From Octopus vulgaris (taxonomy: Eukaryota), in assembly GCA_951406725.2 (NCBI GenBank), contig OX597816.1, positions 162,502,001 through 162,566,000 of the forward strand: a stretch of DNA of 64,000 bases, given 5' to 3'. Shown here in pieces: positions 1-13,837 of the stretch. A program made the translations under genes and the position numbers. Under the pieces are notes generated by a model. The model did not search any database. It was given only the letters and a program-made list of their open reading frames with translations, and was not told the DNA's origin. Every line of letters begins with the position of its first letter. Position 1 is the first letter of the stretch.

Positions 1-87
1 ATATACGTATATGTGTGTGTGTGTGAAATAGCGAGTGAGTGTGTGTGTGTGTCTGTGTGTGTATGTATTTGTATATATATGTATGTA

Positions 88-138
<51 letters not shown>

Positions 139-189
139 TTATATATGTATGTATATATATGTGTATGTATGCATGTATGTATGTATACA

Positions 190-325
190 TATACGACTGG
201 CATCTTTCAGTTTCCGTCAACCAAATTCTCTCATAAGGTTTTGGTTAGCCTGGGGCTCTAGTAGAAGACACGCAGTAGGACTGAACCTGGAACCGTGTCG
301 TTAGGAATAAGACTTCTTACCGCCT
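190..325 (-). mobile_element. 5' part of SINE family A (tRNA-derived, octopus-type)
   Basis: ctttcagtttccgtcaaccaaattc...ggactgaacctggaacc matches the 5' half of the fuller copies at 12481-12867 and 37248-37684. Confidence 0.7.
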
Positions 326-337
326 ATGAATATGTAT

Positions 338-389
<52 letters not shown>

Positions 390-524
390 CTAGGCTCAAC
401 GTATACACACCGTGTACAGGCTAGGTGCAGCAGTATTCGTCCCACGATAACATTTCTTATAGGTGTGTTGTGTCAACAAAACATGTATCAGAGGAAAACG
501 AAAACTCTCCCCAGTAGCGGCCAG

Positions 525-577
525 CAAGTACACCAGATGTATTTCAGCCTTATTGGCTTTTCAATAACAAGTACTTG
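525..577 (-). ncRNA. Degenerate minimal hammerhead-like motif (U3-A8 core)
   Basis: Minus strand: gtta TTGAAAA gcc-aataa-ggc t GAAA taca TC tggt; distal stem I caagtac/gtacttg; proximal stem I mostly G-U. Confidence 0.4.
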
Positions 578-849
578 TGACTAACCACATACTCAGAGAA
601 AAACCACCACGTCTCCAGTTTAGTTGCGAACAGTTGCTGGGCTGAATAAAAGTCGGTTACGATACTGAGTCTTTCCTAAATTTAAATAGCCATCTATGTA
701 TCATACTTGATGTATATACACTTTTGATGGGCCAGTTACTACGGTATTCAACTTATGACAACATCTCTTATGGACGTGCTATGTCAAAAATGCAATAAAC
801 CTCGAAGGGAGACAAAAATTACGGCAGTGGTCAAAAGAGCATTGTAGAG

Positions 850-1060
850 TTGCGTGGGTTAGTTGTTAAGGTGTTTAGACTCATGATCGTAAGTTTCGAT
901 AACTGGGCCGGGTGACACGTTATGCTCTTGAGCAAATCACTTCATGTCACGTTGCTCCCGACCACTCAGCGTCCCGTCCAGGAGGAGAATATATACGCCA
1001 TTGAAACCGGGAAACTGGACCTTATGAGTCGATATGGATCAAGAAGGTAACTTTACCGTT
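850..1060 (+). mobile_element. Decayed tRNA-headed SINE
   Basis: A-box-like gggttagttgtt, B-box-like gtttcgat, then ttgagcaaatcactt core also seen in 8325-8620 and 22785-23174. Confidence 0.5.
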
Positions 1061-1377
1061 CCTTTTTTCTTACCTTTTGCCACAAGAACATCAGATCCTC
1101 ATTGTTCTGGGTGCTTTTGTAGTCGCGAGAAGATATAACCTCTTCGACCTTCCACTCCTTAGCTCAGCGAATTGTCGAAGATGTAAATACTAAAAAAGGG
1201 AGCTGCGGCAACACTACGTTGCTAGTTATTTTATAGGGGATTAAACTGCAGCGGGAAGGGGCGTGGTCGAGTGATTGGGGTGTTGTACTTAATTAAGTAT
1301 GAATGTCATTTCGATACCAGGACCGGGCGCTGCATTGTGGTCTTAAGCAGTTCACTTCATTTCACATTACTCTAGTC

Positions 1378-1714
1378 CATCATCATCATCACCATAATCA
1401 TCATCAATATCATCATGATTGTCACCATGATCATCATCCTTATCGTCATGATCATTATCCTCATCGTCATCAACTTCATCATTATCATTATCATCATCAT
1501 CATCATTATGATTATCTTCGTATATCATTATCGTCTTCGCTTTCATCATCATCATCATCATCGTCAACATCATCATCAACATAATCATCGTCATCAATAT
1601 GATGATGATCATCATTATCATGATCACCATTGTTATCATGATCATCATCATGGTCATCATGATTATCATCGTCATCATCGTCATTGTCATCGTCATCATC
1701 AACACCATCATCAT
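1378..1714. repeat. Degenerate (CAT)n microsatellite
   Basis: Direct inspection; explains the poly-His/Met/Asp ORFs. Confidence 0.95.
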
Positions 1715-2900
1715 TTAATATCCGTTTCACATGCTTGCATAGCTTGCGCCGTTCACTCTGCCGTAAATGAATTCCAGCAATACCTGGGAAATTAATTCTG
1801 CGGCGTCTCATTCACAGTTGTACCTGTAATCTCAATCCGTTATACGCAATGGAAACCGTGAAAAGCTTCAGCCTTACGAGTCCCATGGCTGAACCCAAAC
1901 CTAAGTCTGCGGATAGACTGGAGCAACGTAAAACGAAACACTCAGCTCAAAGATACAATGCGTAACCAAGGCTACAGATCGAACACATGACGTTATGATC
2001 ATGAGCCTGCTACCTAAACCACTAAGCCAAGTGACTAAAATTGCTTTGTGGTAAGTTGATCCGAAGGAGAAAGGGACAATTCGCTGCTGTTGAAGCAAAT
2101 ATATGGGCATCCCTGGCAAATATAATTGGGGGTTGTGGTGGTGATTATGGACGGGGTGGAGATATTTCGAGGCGATATTTGCCTAAGAGAATGAATAACA
2201 TGAAAGTTGATTAAACAACAATACAAAAGAGGAAGAAAAAGAAAAAAGGAGGAGGAGGAGAAGAAGAAGAAGAAAGAAAAGAAGAAGAACAAGGACAAGA
2301 ACAAGAACAACAACAACAACAACAACAGCAAGAAGATTAAAGAAGAGGAGGAGGAGATGGTACAGATGAAAATTAATATAAATATGATGGATAATGACAA
2401 ATGTGATGATGGTGGTGGTAGTGATGATGGTAATGATGATGATAAAGATTTTGATGATGACGATACTGTTGATGATGAAGACGGCTATGATGATGATAAT
2501 GAGGAGGATGATGTGGTATTGGTGGGGATGACGAAGTACAGGAAAGAGGGAAGCGAAAACAGCAACAAAAACAACAATAACAATAACAATTACAAGGCAG
2601 CAGCAAAAGCAGAAACCACAGCAAAGGCGAAGACAACAACAACAACAACAACTGAGGCAACAATCGTAATTAAATTCAGAGCAGACATATTGGCGGGTGG
2701 AGATAAGGGTAGAAACAAGGCAAGTTGTTATGTCACTGTTGTTCTGAAGAAGTAAAATAATATGGAGTATAGAAATAATAGAAACCTATGGTAGAAGCCT
2801 TCATCGAAGCTCATGCTAAGTTTTTCTTACACAAGCCTGGAGGAAGAAGAAAAGCAAACAGATAAACATATACATACTTATATGTATGTTTATATGTACG

Positions 2901-2948
<48 letters not shown>

Positions 2949-3053
2949 CATGTTTATATGCACGTACATATATATATATACATGTTTGTATATATACAGA
3001 GATATATATGTATATGTATGTATGTATATATGTATGCATGTATGTATGTATAC

Positions 3054-3086
<33 letters not shown>

Positions 3087-3631
3087 CATGCATACATATA
3101 TATCCATGTACATCTACAGGCACACACACAGAGATATATACAAATATATGTATATAGATAGGAGAGTGCATATATATCTTAACATATAAAAGTATGTACA
3201 TATATACACATATGTATATATAAAGATTTATATATACATAAGTATATATAATATATATGTTTGTGTGTACAAATGTATATATACATGCGCGCGCGCACAC
3301 TCGTATATATATGCATATATATAATATATATATATAAATACATGTATATATATAAATGCATATATATTGGACGAGAGAAGTATGTTGCTATCGCCTTCAG
3401 CGTGTTATGTGCGGTAAACAAAATGAACGTACCGGGCCTTATTCCACTTGTAGATTGCAATTCAATGTCCTTTATACTTCCGGTGCGCGTGTTGCAATAT
3501 ATCCCGGGGGAATGGTTTTGAATCGAAGAAGATAGGAGTCGTGTGTGTTTTTGCATGCTTATATGTCGGTGTGCCTGTGTACCCGTGTGTCTGTGTTTGG
3601 CGTGTGCAGCTGCGATGCACATATATATGGA

Positions 3632-3678
<47 letters not shown>

Positions 3679-3916
3679 ACGGATCGGGGAAGAAAAGATA
3701 GAAGGAGGAGCAGAGTTAGAGAAGAGGGAGAGATAGAGAGTGGTAATGAAAGAGAATGAGTGTGAGTGAAACGGCAGGTGTGGGAGGAGATAACGTTAGC
3801 AACAGAGTTGCTCGGATATTAATTAAAACATTTCTTGTGTCACCAATATGTGTGTGTATGTGTGTACAACCAGGGATAGATACATAGACATAATGATATA
3901 AATGAACATATACATG

Positions 3917-3972
<56 letters not shown>

Positions 3973-4014
3973 CACACATATACACACATATACACACATA
4001 TATACATTTATATT

Positions 4015-4055
<41 letters not shown>

Positions 4056-4184
4056 ATATATATACATGTATATACTTGTGTGTCTATATATGCATATGCA
4101 TAATGTATATGTGTGATGTTGTAATCTTGCCTCTTTTACGTGTACATACCTATTTTCATATGTTATAATAATAGTAATAATATT

Positions 4185-4780
<596 letters not shown>

Positions 4781-5242
4781 ATATTATATAGACATGCATG
4801 CACCGGCATTTATGCCTGTCTTAGTTTACATTATACATTGCATATTTTAATATTGATGAACAGCACATTCAATATTAATGCACGTCAATTTATGCATCTT
4901 GCAGTCATCATGCACGAACGCCATAACACGTCTGAATCTATACGTAAATTCTCATTCACATACAGGTTCATATTATCTCGTTTCCCTCTTGCATGCTGGG
5001 TTTTTTTTTCATCGTTCTTTTTATTATGTATCTGCATTTAAGTTAGTATATTTTGTAGGTATTTTATTCCGTATTTTAATATAAGTATATATTTGAATAT
5101 ATTAATTTGCCACTGTCGACAAATGTGACGCCATTATCCCTATGTGTGTTTATTTTGTTTAGAAATATCACAAGCTAGTTGTAGAAATAGATACTACATG
5201 CCTATCCATGTACGTATGTGCATTTATATATAAAGACACATA

Positions 5243-5309
<67 letters not shown>

Positions 5310-5390
5310 GAAATATGCTACAAAAAGAAAATCGAAACTACATATATATATATATATGTATATATATGTATACATATATGTATATATATG

Positions 5391-5429
<39 letters not shown>

Positions 5430-5639
5430 ACTATATGCATATATATGTATATATGTGTGTGTATACGACTGTGTATACAATGAACATGCATCGTCATAAC
5501 CCGTTAGTCTTAGCTGCTGGGTTATAAGCGTTATCATACGATTTACAAATAAGACACATGCACGCGCACGCACATGCTTACGCCTACTTAAATGCACACA
5601 TAGATATACCTATATATGTATGTGTATGTATATGTATAT

Positions 5640-5714
<75 letters not shown>

Positions 5715-5890
5715 TGCATACATACATACATGCATACATACATACATGCATACATACATACATACGTACATACATGCATACATACATACATACATACATA
5801 CATACATACATACATGCATACATAAATTCGTGCATGCATACATACATACATACATGCATACATATATACATACATACATACATACATACA

Positions 5891-5922
<32 letters not shown>

Positions 5923-6029
5923 AAACTTCGGTGTCACAATGAGCACCAAAAAAGACTGACGTCATGTATCATTCCGCTCCTAAAAACCTTACGTTGAACT
6001 ACACTTCATAGTCAACAATCTACCTCTCC

Positions 6030-6756
6030 TAACTGTAGAATTATTTATAAACCTTGGAACTACACTGTTAAGGAGTGTTCACATCGATGGTGAAGTGAAC
6101 GAAAGGACACTAAATGTTAGTTCTGCCTTTTGAATTCTTCATTACAAGGTTTGTAAAAGACATATTCTGTCTGTAAATCTAAAATTTAACATCTACAAAA
6201 CTGGTTCCGACATGTAATCAGTTTACCGAAGATGTGCCAAAATATCTTAACCTCTTTAACCTGACATTTTTGCGAAAAATGCTTAGCATCAGGTTACAGG
6301 ATAAAATTCCCTATACAACTGTGTTACAGTGAATATGTACCGCATATACCCGACTTCAAATCCTCCAGATCTTCTTTGCTAACTTGTAGTTGGCTCCGGG
6401 TCACTCTGCAAACCAAAGAAGAAAAACAAGGCTATGTTGACGAAAACCTTAAAAAAGACTATAGTCTATAGCTTAGAGCAATTTTCTTGGGAACACCTTG
6501 GTCAGGATCGCTCCCCTTTGTGTAGTGTTGTGTACTCTGGAGAACTGCACTCGGAATCAGATATAACCGGAGAAGCTAAAGAGGGGAGGTCTGTACAGAA
6601 AGGCAGAGTTATATCGAGTCCTAACTCTGCTGTTACGTGCCCCCATTGTAACTGTTGATTACATGTCACACTTGGAATTGGCCTAATAAATCACTCCGGG
6701 ACACAGAAAGTGTAAAGTTGATAAACTGGTGATCTTCGAAAAGGACAAACCTAATA

Positions 6757-6760
<4 letters not shown>
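6030..6760 (+). mobile_element. Decayed RTE-clade LINE 3' fragment
   Basis: Broken translation gives TL.RSVHIDGEVNER..VSSAF, IRLQDKIP, WEHLGQDRS and CPHC, matching the RTE RT thumb and C-terminal region. Confidence 0.6.
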
Positions 6761-6853
<93 letters not shown>

Positions 6854-6873
6854 AGGGCTTGCTGACCAGTCAG

Positions 6874-6947
6874 AGGCAGCTTAGCTTAATGGTACAGAGT
6901 GATCACCCTGGATTTGAGTGGGGCAGGGTTCGAATCCCTGTAGCGAC
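6874..6947 (+). promoter_or_regulatory. tRNA-like Pol III promoter head (SINE-like)
   Basis: A box tagcttaatgg; perfect T-arm caggg-ttcgaat-ccctg; acceptor and anticodon stems imperfect. Confidence 0.55.
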
Positions 6948-7250
6948 TAGATGGCCACTTTCCCCCGTCTTCTAAACGTGTCAATCCGATCTTCTGAGCT
7001 GTTTTCACTGCTATCCTGCGTTCGAAATCTTCCTTTCGGTATTTTCTGTAAAATACCAACTTACTCGGTGCTTCTAAGTATTTATATATAAAATCATTTT
7101 ATACCACTATTTCATCTGTTCGGATCACCGCTCTACATCCACCATGTGCATATTTAAATGTCCACATTGATTTTAATACGGACATACAAACTCGCAAGTG
7201 CATTTATGTATTTATATATTTATATATTTTTATTATATATATATATATAT

Positions 7251-7985
7251 ATACAAAACTATGAGAGAGAATCCACTATGTGGACGCTCTAACGCTAGAT
7301 ATAGATCTGCAAAGGGAATCCACCACCAAAGAATTGTTCTCAAGGAATAATTCAACACACCAAGAACGTAAGCGAGCAGGACAAATGAAAAATAACGAAA
7401 ATATAGATTAACTCTCTACAATTGTTTCATCGTTAATAAATTATGTAATTTAACTTACATAAATATCTTCGATTCTTCAGTAGAGTACGTCAAAAATATA
7501 ATCTGTCGAACTGCACGGCAAATATCAATACGAGGTTGGAGAGAGGCGGACAGTTCGGCCGATTATATTCACAGTTACATTCAAATGCCCTCGTTCTGGC
7601 GCGCTAAATTCCGTGCAGTTCAACAAATTATATTTTTGACGTACTCTACTGAAGAATCGAAGATATTTATGTAAGTAAAATTACATAATTTATTAACGAT
7701 GAAACAATTATAGAGAGTTAATCTATATTTTCGTTATTTTTCATTTGTCCTGCTCGCTTACGTTCTTGGTGTGTTGAATTATTCCTTGAGAACAATTCTT
7801 TGGTAGTGGATTCCCTTTGCAGATCTATATCTAGCGTTAGAGCGTCCACATAGTGGATTCTCTCTCATAGTTTTGTATTAATAATATTTACTGAATCCCA
7901 GTCTTTTTACGCTAGACCACTTGGTGTTTAGATTGGTGTTATTAAATTAATATCCAATTTTTTCACCCTTATTTTGACTTTAATT
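7251..7985. mobile_element. Non-coding PLE-type fold-back (inverted pseudo-LTR) with a hammerhead motif in each arm
   Basis: ~268 bp near-identical inverted arms 7251-7518 and 7611-7878, flanked by (TA)n; CTGAAGA atcg..cgat GAAA caatt(g/a) TA at 7643-7718(+) and 7411-7486(-). Confidence 0.75.
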
Positions 7986-8126
7986 ATATATATATATAGA
8001 TATATATATAAGTGCATCTATCTATGCTCTGAAGTATTGAGTGAATATGAACACTGACGCTTGAAATTTGTTCTCTCTTTCTTGGCTATATATATATTGT
8101 TTCTCTCCGTGTTACTTTTCTGTGTA

Positions 8127-8164
8127 TCTTTCTGTTGAAGAGCGTAGGCTCGAAACGTAAAAGA
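8127..8164 (+). ncRNA. Minimal hammerhead-like motif (A6U variant, extra A) in a PLE tail fragment (~8095-8262)
   Basis: tcttt CTGTTGA a gagc-gtag-gctc GAAA cg TA aaaga; stems I and II perfect; stem III palindrome ACGT. Confidence 0.6.
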
Positions 8165-8259
8165 CTTGTTTTATTTATATTCCTGAGCGCCATACTAATA
8201 CAATTGTTTGTTTGTACTCCACCTGCCTTCGTCTTTTGTTTATTTTCATAAAGCTTCAC

Positions 8260-8324
<65 letters not shown>

Positions 8325-8325
<1 letters not shown>

Positions 8326-8620
8326 TAGAGGCGTGTAGTCAAGTAGTTAGGATGATGGACTCATGGTCGTAAAATTGTGGTTTCGACTCCTGAACCAGAC
8401 GACGGGTTGAGTAAAACACTTTATTTCCCTTTGCTCTAATCACCTTGCAAAAAGTGAGATAATTCTGAGACGGACTACCGGTGTCCGTCTCGGCTACTTG
8501 TTTCTCTGGAAACTGCCAGAATAATGTTGGCGCCTCTGATGAGAACCCAGTTAGGTTCGAAAATCGATTAAGGTTGTTCACCATTTCTTTCAGTCTGCGT
8601 AGAAATGGCTAAAATTTGCT
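8325..8620 (+). mobile_element. tRNA-headed SINE-like element carrying a hammerhead ribozyme
   Basis: A-box-like ~8336-8347, B box gtttcgactcc 8380-8390, 11-bp hairpin 8465-8493, hammerhead 8532-8574. Confidence 0.6.
8532..8574 (+). ncRNA. Minimal type I hammerhead ribozyme, canonical core
   Basis: gcct CTGATGA gaacc-cagtta-ggttc GAAA atcgat TA aggt; stem III palindrome AATCGATT. Confidence 0.8.
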
Positions 8621-8624
8621 CTGT

Positions 8625-8815
8625 CTCTCCAACATCGTTTGACAACCGATGGTTGTGTCTTTACGTCCCCGTAACTTAGCGGTTCGGCAAAAGAATAAGT
8701 ACTAGGCTTACAAAGAATAAGTTCTGGGGTCGATATGCTCTACAACAGGTGGTGCTCCTGCATGGCCACAGTCACATGATTGACACAAGTAAAAGAGTAA
8801 AAGAGATTAAAGAGA
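8625..8815 (+). mobile_element. 3' half of SINE family A
   Basis: gacaaccgatg..ttacgtccccgtaacttagcggttcggc..ggtgctcctgcatggccacagtc tail. Confidence 0.85.
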
Positions 8816-9612
8816 GAAGAGTATATATATATATATAATGAGAGAAACGGAAAATGGATTTGGTACAAATCTTTATTCAGAGCGACCATCGTTTCGACTC
8901 CTCCTGTAGCTGCACCTTCCGCGTAGGATACTGTGCATCTAGTTGTGTTGCATTAACCAGTGCAGTCAGTGGGCACGGTCATACCACAACGGAGTACAAC
9001 ATGCCTGGAGGAACTCAGTATGTGTAACAGAATATCTTTAATGCCAAACACCTGGGGTGACAAGGATTGCATTAATTGATGCTACACAACGGGATGCAGA
9101 AGGTACCGCTGCAGGGTAGGTCGAAGTCTGTCTTGTAATTTTCAGGGTTGTGTGTGTGTGTGCATGTACGTGTTTATGTATGTGTGTGTGTATGTGAGTG
9201 TTAGTTGTGGTTGCTAGAATCATTTTGCATGTGTATATATGTGTGTTTTTTCTTGGAATGTGTGTGGGTTTGTGCTCGAGCGTGGAGATATTGTATTTGT
9301 GCGTGTGTGTATGTATGTATGTATGTGTGTGCATTGCATTGTATTTTTGTGCGTTTGTTGTGGATGTGTATACGTATGTGTGTGGCTGGGTACAAAGTGC
9401 ACCTTCTTTTGGGTGTAAGTATTCAAAATAAATGTACGAATACATACTTCTATATACAAGTAAGAAATCACTCGCTAAATTTTTATTAGAGTTTTCGAGA
9501 AATGTAAAATTTCAAAAATAAATTATTCATTGCAGATATGATTACGTTGAAAACTTAATCTCAGAGTTTCAGTTTGAAATGTTTGAAAAAGAAATATAAA
9601 AAAAAAATGTAA

Positions 9613-9691
<79 letters not shown>

Positions 9692-10081
9692 AAAATTAAA
9701 TATTTAAAGAAAATATCATTTCATAAGAAATTATATTTATTTTTCTGATATAATCCTGACATGTATTTAGCGGAAAATGGCGAAAGAAATCAATGGCGAG
9801 AAACTTTGAAACATAAAAATTGAACAAATCTTTCCAAGTTTAAAGAAGTTTATACGTAGTTAACTTAAAAAATACATCCATGCATACGTACAACCAAATA
9901 TGTGTAGGCGCAAATGTGTATACATGTATGTGCGCCTGTGTGTATGTTTATATCTATCTGTCTATCTACCTGTGTGTCTTTCGGTCTCTCTCTTTCTGTC
10001 TCTTTCTGTCTCTCTCTGTATATATATATATATGAATATATATATATATGATATATATATATGTATATATGTGTATATATA

Positions 10082-10148
<67 letters not shown>

Positions 10149-10219
10149 GTGTGTTTATATGAATTATGCAAGTATATGTGTGTATAAATATGAATATATA
10201 TATATTCATATGTATATAC

Positions 10220-10327
<108 letters not shown>

Positions 10328-10445
10328 GCATGTATATATTTATGTATGTGTAAATGTGTAAATATATATGTATGTATATTTATATATATATATATGCATA
10401 TATATATGTATATATATACATGTATGTATATATGTATATATATTA

Positions 10446-10481
<36 letters not shown>

Positions 10482-10537
10482 CAGAGAGAGATTGATAGAT
10501 ACATAAATGTTAGATAGATAATTAGGTAAATAAACAG

Positions 10538-10575
<38 letters not shown>

Positions 10576-11090
10576 GTACGTACGTACGCCTATTCATCTC
10601 TATATATACCTATCAATTTAACTTGTTATCTTTCTAGGCCATTTATGCATGTTTCAAAAAAATTCATACTTCAATATAGTTTATTTAGGTGCATTACATA
10701 AAACGGAAAACTAACGTAACTATGAGAATAATACGTGGAATACATATGCTATCTGGTGAAGAATTGTAATTCGCTACTCGTTCCATGTTTGGTCTCTCTG
10801 AATGAATTTTAACAATCCCAGAACCGGAGTGTGATACATTTCGTCTGCTATTTATATATTTCTGCGATACTTTAGCACTGTACGTCTATACGATGCGCTT
10901 AAATTGCAGAGTTTATAGGCTTTAATAGTATATCTGCATTAAGTATGATATATAGCATGCTATTTTGAACTAATATTGCTTCCATCGGTAGAAACGAATT
11001 TGTATTCAACCTACCTTCTTCTTGCGACTCTCGTGATTTATTTATTATTGTTTTTTTCTATATCATTCGAGGCAACGTTTATCTAAGTAT

Positions 11091-11168
11091 GCAGTTGATG
11101 GTGAATGCTTGCTACTGATGACATGCGATGATGCAGAAATACTTATTTAGCTATTCCATCAACGCTGC
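11091..11168 (+). ncRNA. Degenerate hammerhead-like motif with long stem I
   Basis: gcta CTGATGA ca tgc-gatgat-gca GAAA tactta TT tagc; distal pairing gttgatg..gaat / attc-catcaac. Confidence 0.45.
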
Positions 11169-11440
11169 TAGACACTTTCGTCTGTACCTGCTATATTTCT
11201 GTGTTTTTAACACACTATACATCTATACCAGATTCTTTCTGGGAAGGAATACCGTAGGTCCCAGGGTCTCACCTGTATTTTTGAATCAACTATAATATGC
11301 AGAATTATGTATATATATATATATCGTGATCATGTGATCGACCAGGTTATCAGATATTGCTACACATCGCTGGTCACAATGCACTTCGCATTGTTTTAGC
11401 CTTCAAATGATGCCACCCCGCTGGCTAAGCGAGCAGGCCA

Positions 11441-11491
<51 letters not shown>

Positions 11492-12480
11492 CATATATAT
11501 ACATATATATACATATATATACATATATATACATATATATACATATATATACATGTATATATATATATATGCACATGTATATACCTATGTATATATATAT
11601 GTATATATATATATATATATGTATGTATATATACTGTATTAATCCCTAAAACCATAAATTCCTTTCAATGTTAGAATATAGATTTAGTTTTTATGTCGAT
11701 GATCATCCCTAGTAGTGAATAAGTTCAGTTTTAATGCAAACAGAATCAATAAAGCAAACTGGTTACCAAATAAAATTGTAACATACAGTACATTTTGAAG
11801 TATGGAATACTCTTTCTGTGCCCGTAGGCCCTGTTCTCAAGAACAAACACGATAATAATAGTATGCTCCCTAGTGTCGAGTATATTAGTACAATTCTGAA
11901 ACAGCAAATGAACTTCTCAAAAAACAAAAGAAAGAAAATCATCCATAAATACTAGAAATTTCTTTCTTATGCTGAAAGCTGTCAATTTCATTATAAAGAC
12001 TCAGGTGGAAGATCTACTTCTACAAAACGGATGAAAAACAAGATAACATTATTAAATACTTATATACGGATTTAAATCCAATAAAATTCCACAGGTAACG
12101 CAAATTTTATTATCGTTTACAAACGATCCTTCTTACTTACAAAGAAATAGCTGGCTTCAAAACACTAGTAATAAATTCCGGGGGATTCTAAACCTGAAAA
12201 TGGATCATATCAAGAATTCCAAAAATGTTTACATCCAGTGGAAGGAGACTGTCCTTTCATCGACAGGCCGTAACAACTGCCACAAATTTTGCTTACTAGC
12301 AAATAATAACTCTCAGAATAAATTCACAAGAATTACCTTAAAAGTGTTTCTGAAACTAAGAAGAAAACGTTACGATAAACATTAACATAGACGACAGAAA
12401 AATACAGTCATACCCAAACAACCTTGCTTCACATTTAAAGACCATAAACTCAACATCACCTTCTAAGCGTTTACTTTTCT

Positions 12481-12867
12481 TTTCTTTTCTTTTTTCTTTT
12501 TACTTGTTTCAGTCAGTTGACTGTGGTCATGCTGGAGCACCGCCTTTAGCCGAGCAAATCGACTCCAGGACTTATTCTTTGTAAGCCTACTACTTATTCT
12601 ATCGGTTTGTTTTGCTGAACCAGCATCGGTTGTCAAGCAATGTTTGGGGGGGGGGGGGGAGCAAACACAGACACACAAACATATATACTCACATACATAT
12701 ATACAACGGGTTTCTTTCAGTTTCCGTCTACCAAATCCACTCACAAGGCTTTGGTCGGCCTGAAGCTATAGCAGAAGATACTTGCTCAAGGTGCCACACA
12801 GTGGGACTGAACCCAGAACCATGTGGTTGGTAAGCAAGCTACTTACCACACAGCCACTCCTGTGCCT
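12481..12867 (-). mobile_element. SINE family A, full length
   Basis: Head aggcacaggagtggctgtgtggtaag with B-box-like gggttcagtccc, central microsatellite, tail ggtgctccagcatg..ctgaaacaagtaaaa. Confidence 0.9.
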
Positions 12868-13157
12868 AGAAATAAATAGCTATAAATTCAGACAAAATTC
12901 ATTCTTGATGATTTGGAATAAAACAATTAATGTTATAAAATGATTAAGTGCATCACGGACAAAGACAATAATTACTTCTTGCCAATTGATCGGTATTAAG
13001 GAATGCTACATATTTATCTGAAAAGAACTTGGTTCTTGCAATCCTCGATTACACCAGATCAATACCCAAATGTATTGTAAGCAACAGATACACGCACGAA
13101 AACGCATATATACATATATATGTACATACACTGTGTGTGTATACAAATATATATATA

Positions 13158-13560
13158 TAAGAGCAAAACGTCCCCCCAACGTTCAATGGACGGTGGTAAG
13201 TTGTCAAACATTTAAACCGAATTTTCTAAAAACAACTTGTCTGACCGTACCATAGGCCTCCCCTTTGAGAAACACTGATTTAACCTAAATTTGAGACACC
13301 GTGCATTTTTCTCGCGTACGCATAGTATAGATCGCAACAGCTGATGTACTTGCGCGTAAAAATGCACATTACCACGGCTTTATCGATCACATTCTCACCT
13401 GGAATTGATTTTTGTAATTTTTTCAAGACTATACACGCCCTGATATCCTCGGTATCTACATATCAAATTTGAGCGCAATCGGATGGAGGATGCCTGAGAT
13501 CCTAGGAGACAGACAGACAGACAGAACGGATGTTATATAACATATATATATATACATAGA
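13158..13560 (-). mobile_element. Putative non-autonomous Helitron-like element
   Basis: Minus strand starts TCTAT..(TCTG)n..ccgattgcgctcaaatttg; subterminal hairpin aacgtt-ggggg-gacgtt; ends CTTA|T (non-canonical). Confidence 0.5.
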
Positions 13561-13805
13561 GAGAGATAGAGACATACAGAGAGACAGACAGAGACACACA
13601 CACACATACATACATACATACATACATACATACATACATACATACATACATACATACATACATACAACCATTTATATATGTAAACATTTACACTTATATT
13701 ACTATGCATCCCTGATATTTTTGTGAACATTTGATCATTTCAACATATATTTTCGCTTTTTACTTTGTAACTTTAAACTCTCCCAAACCTTTTATTTATT
13801 TATCT

Positions 13806-13837
<32 letters not shown>

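Noticed and set aside
2207-2755. 182-aa acidic/basic ORF
   Set aside because: Built from successive trinucleotide repeats; no splice or homology evidence
4800-5200. Unique stretch rich in ATGCAT/TAAT words (possible enhancer)
   Set aside because: Such words are expected at this AT content; cross-species conservation cannot be assessed here
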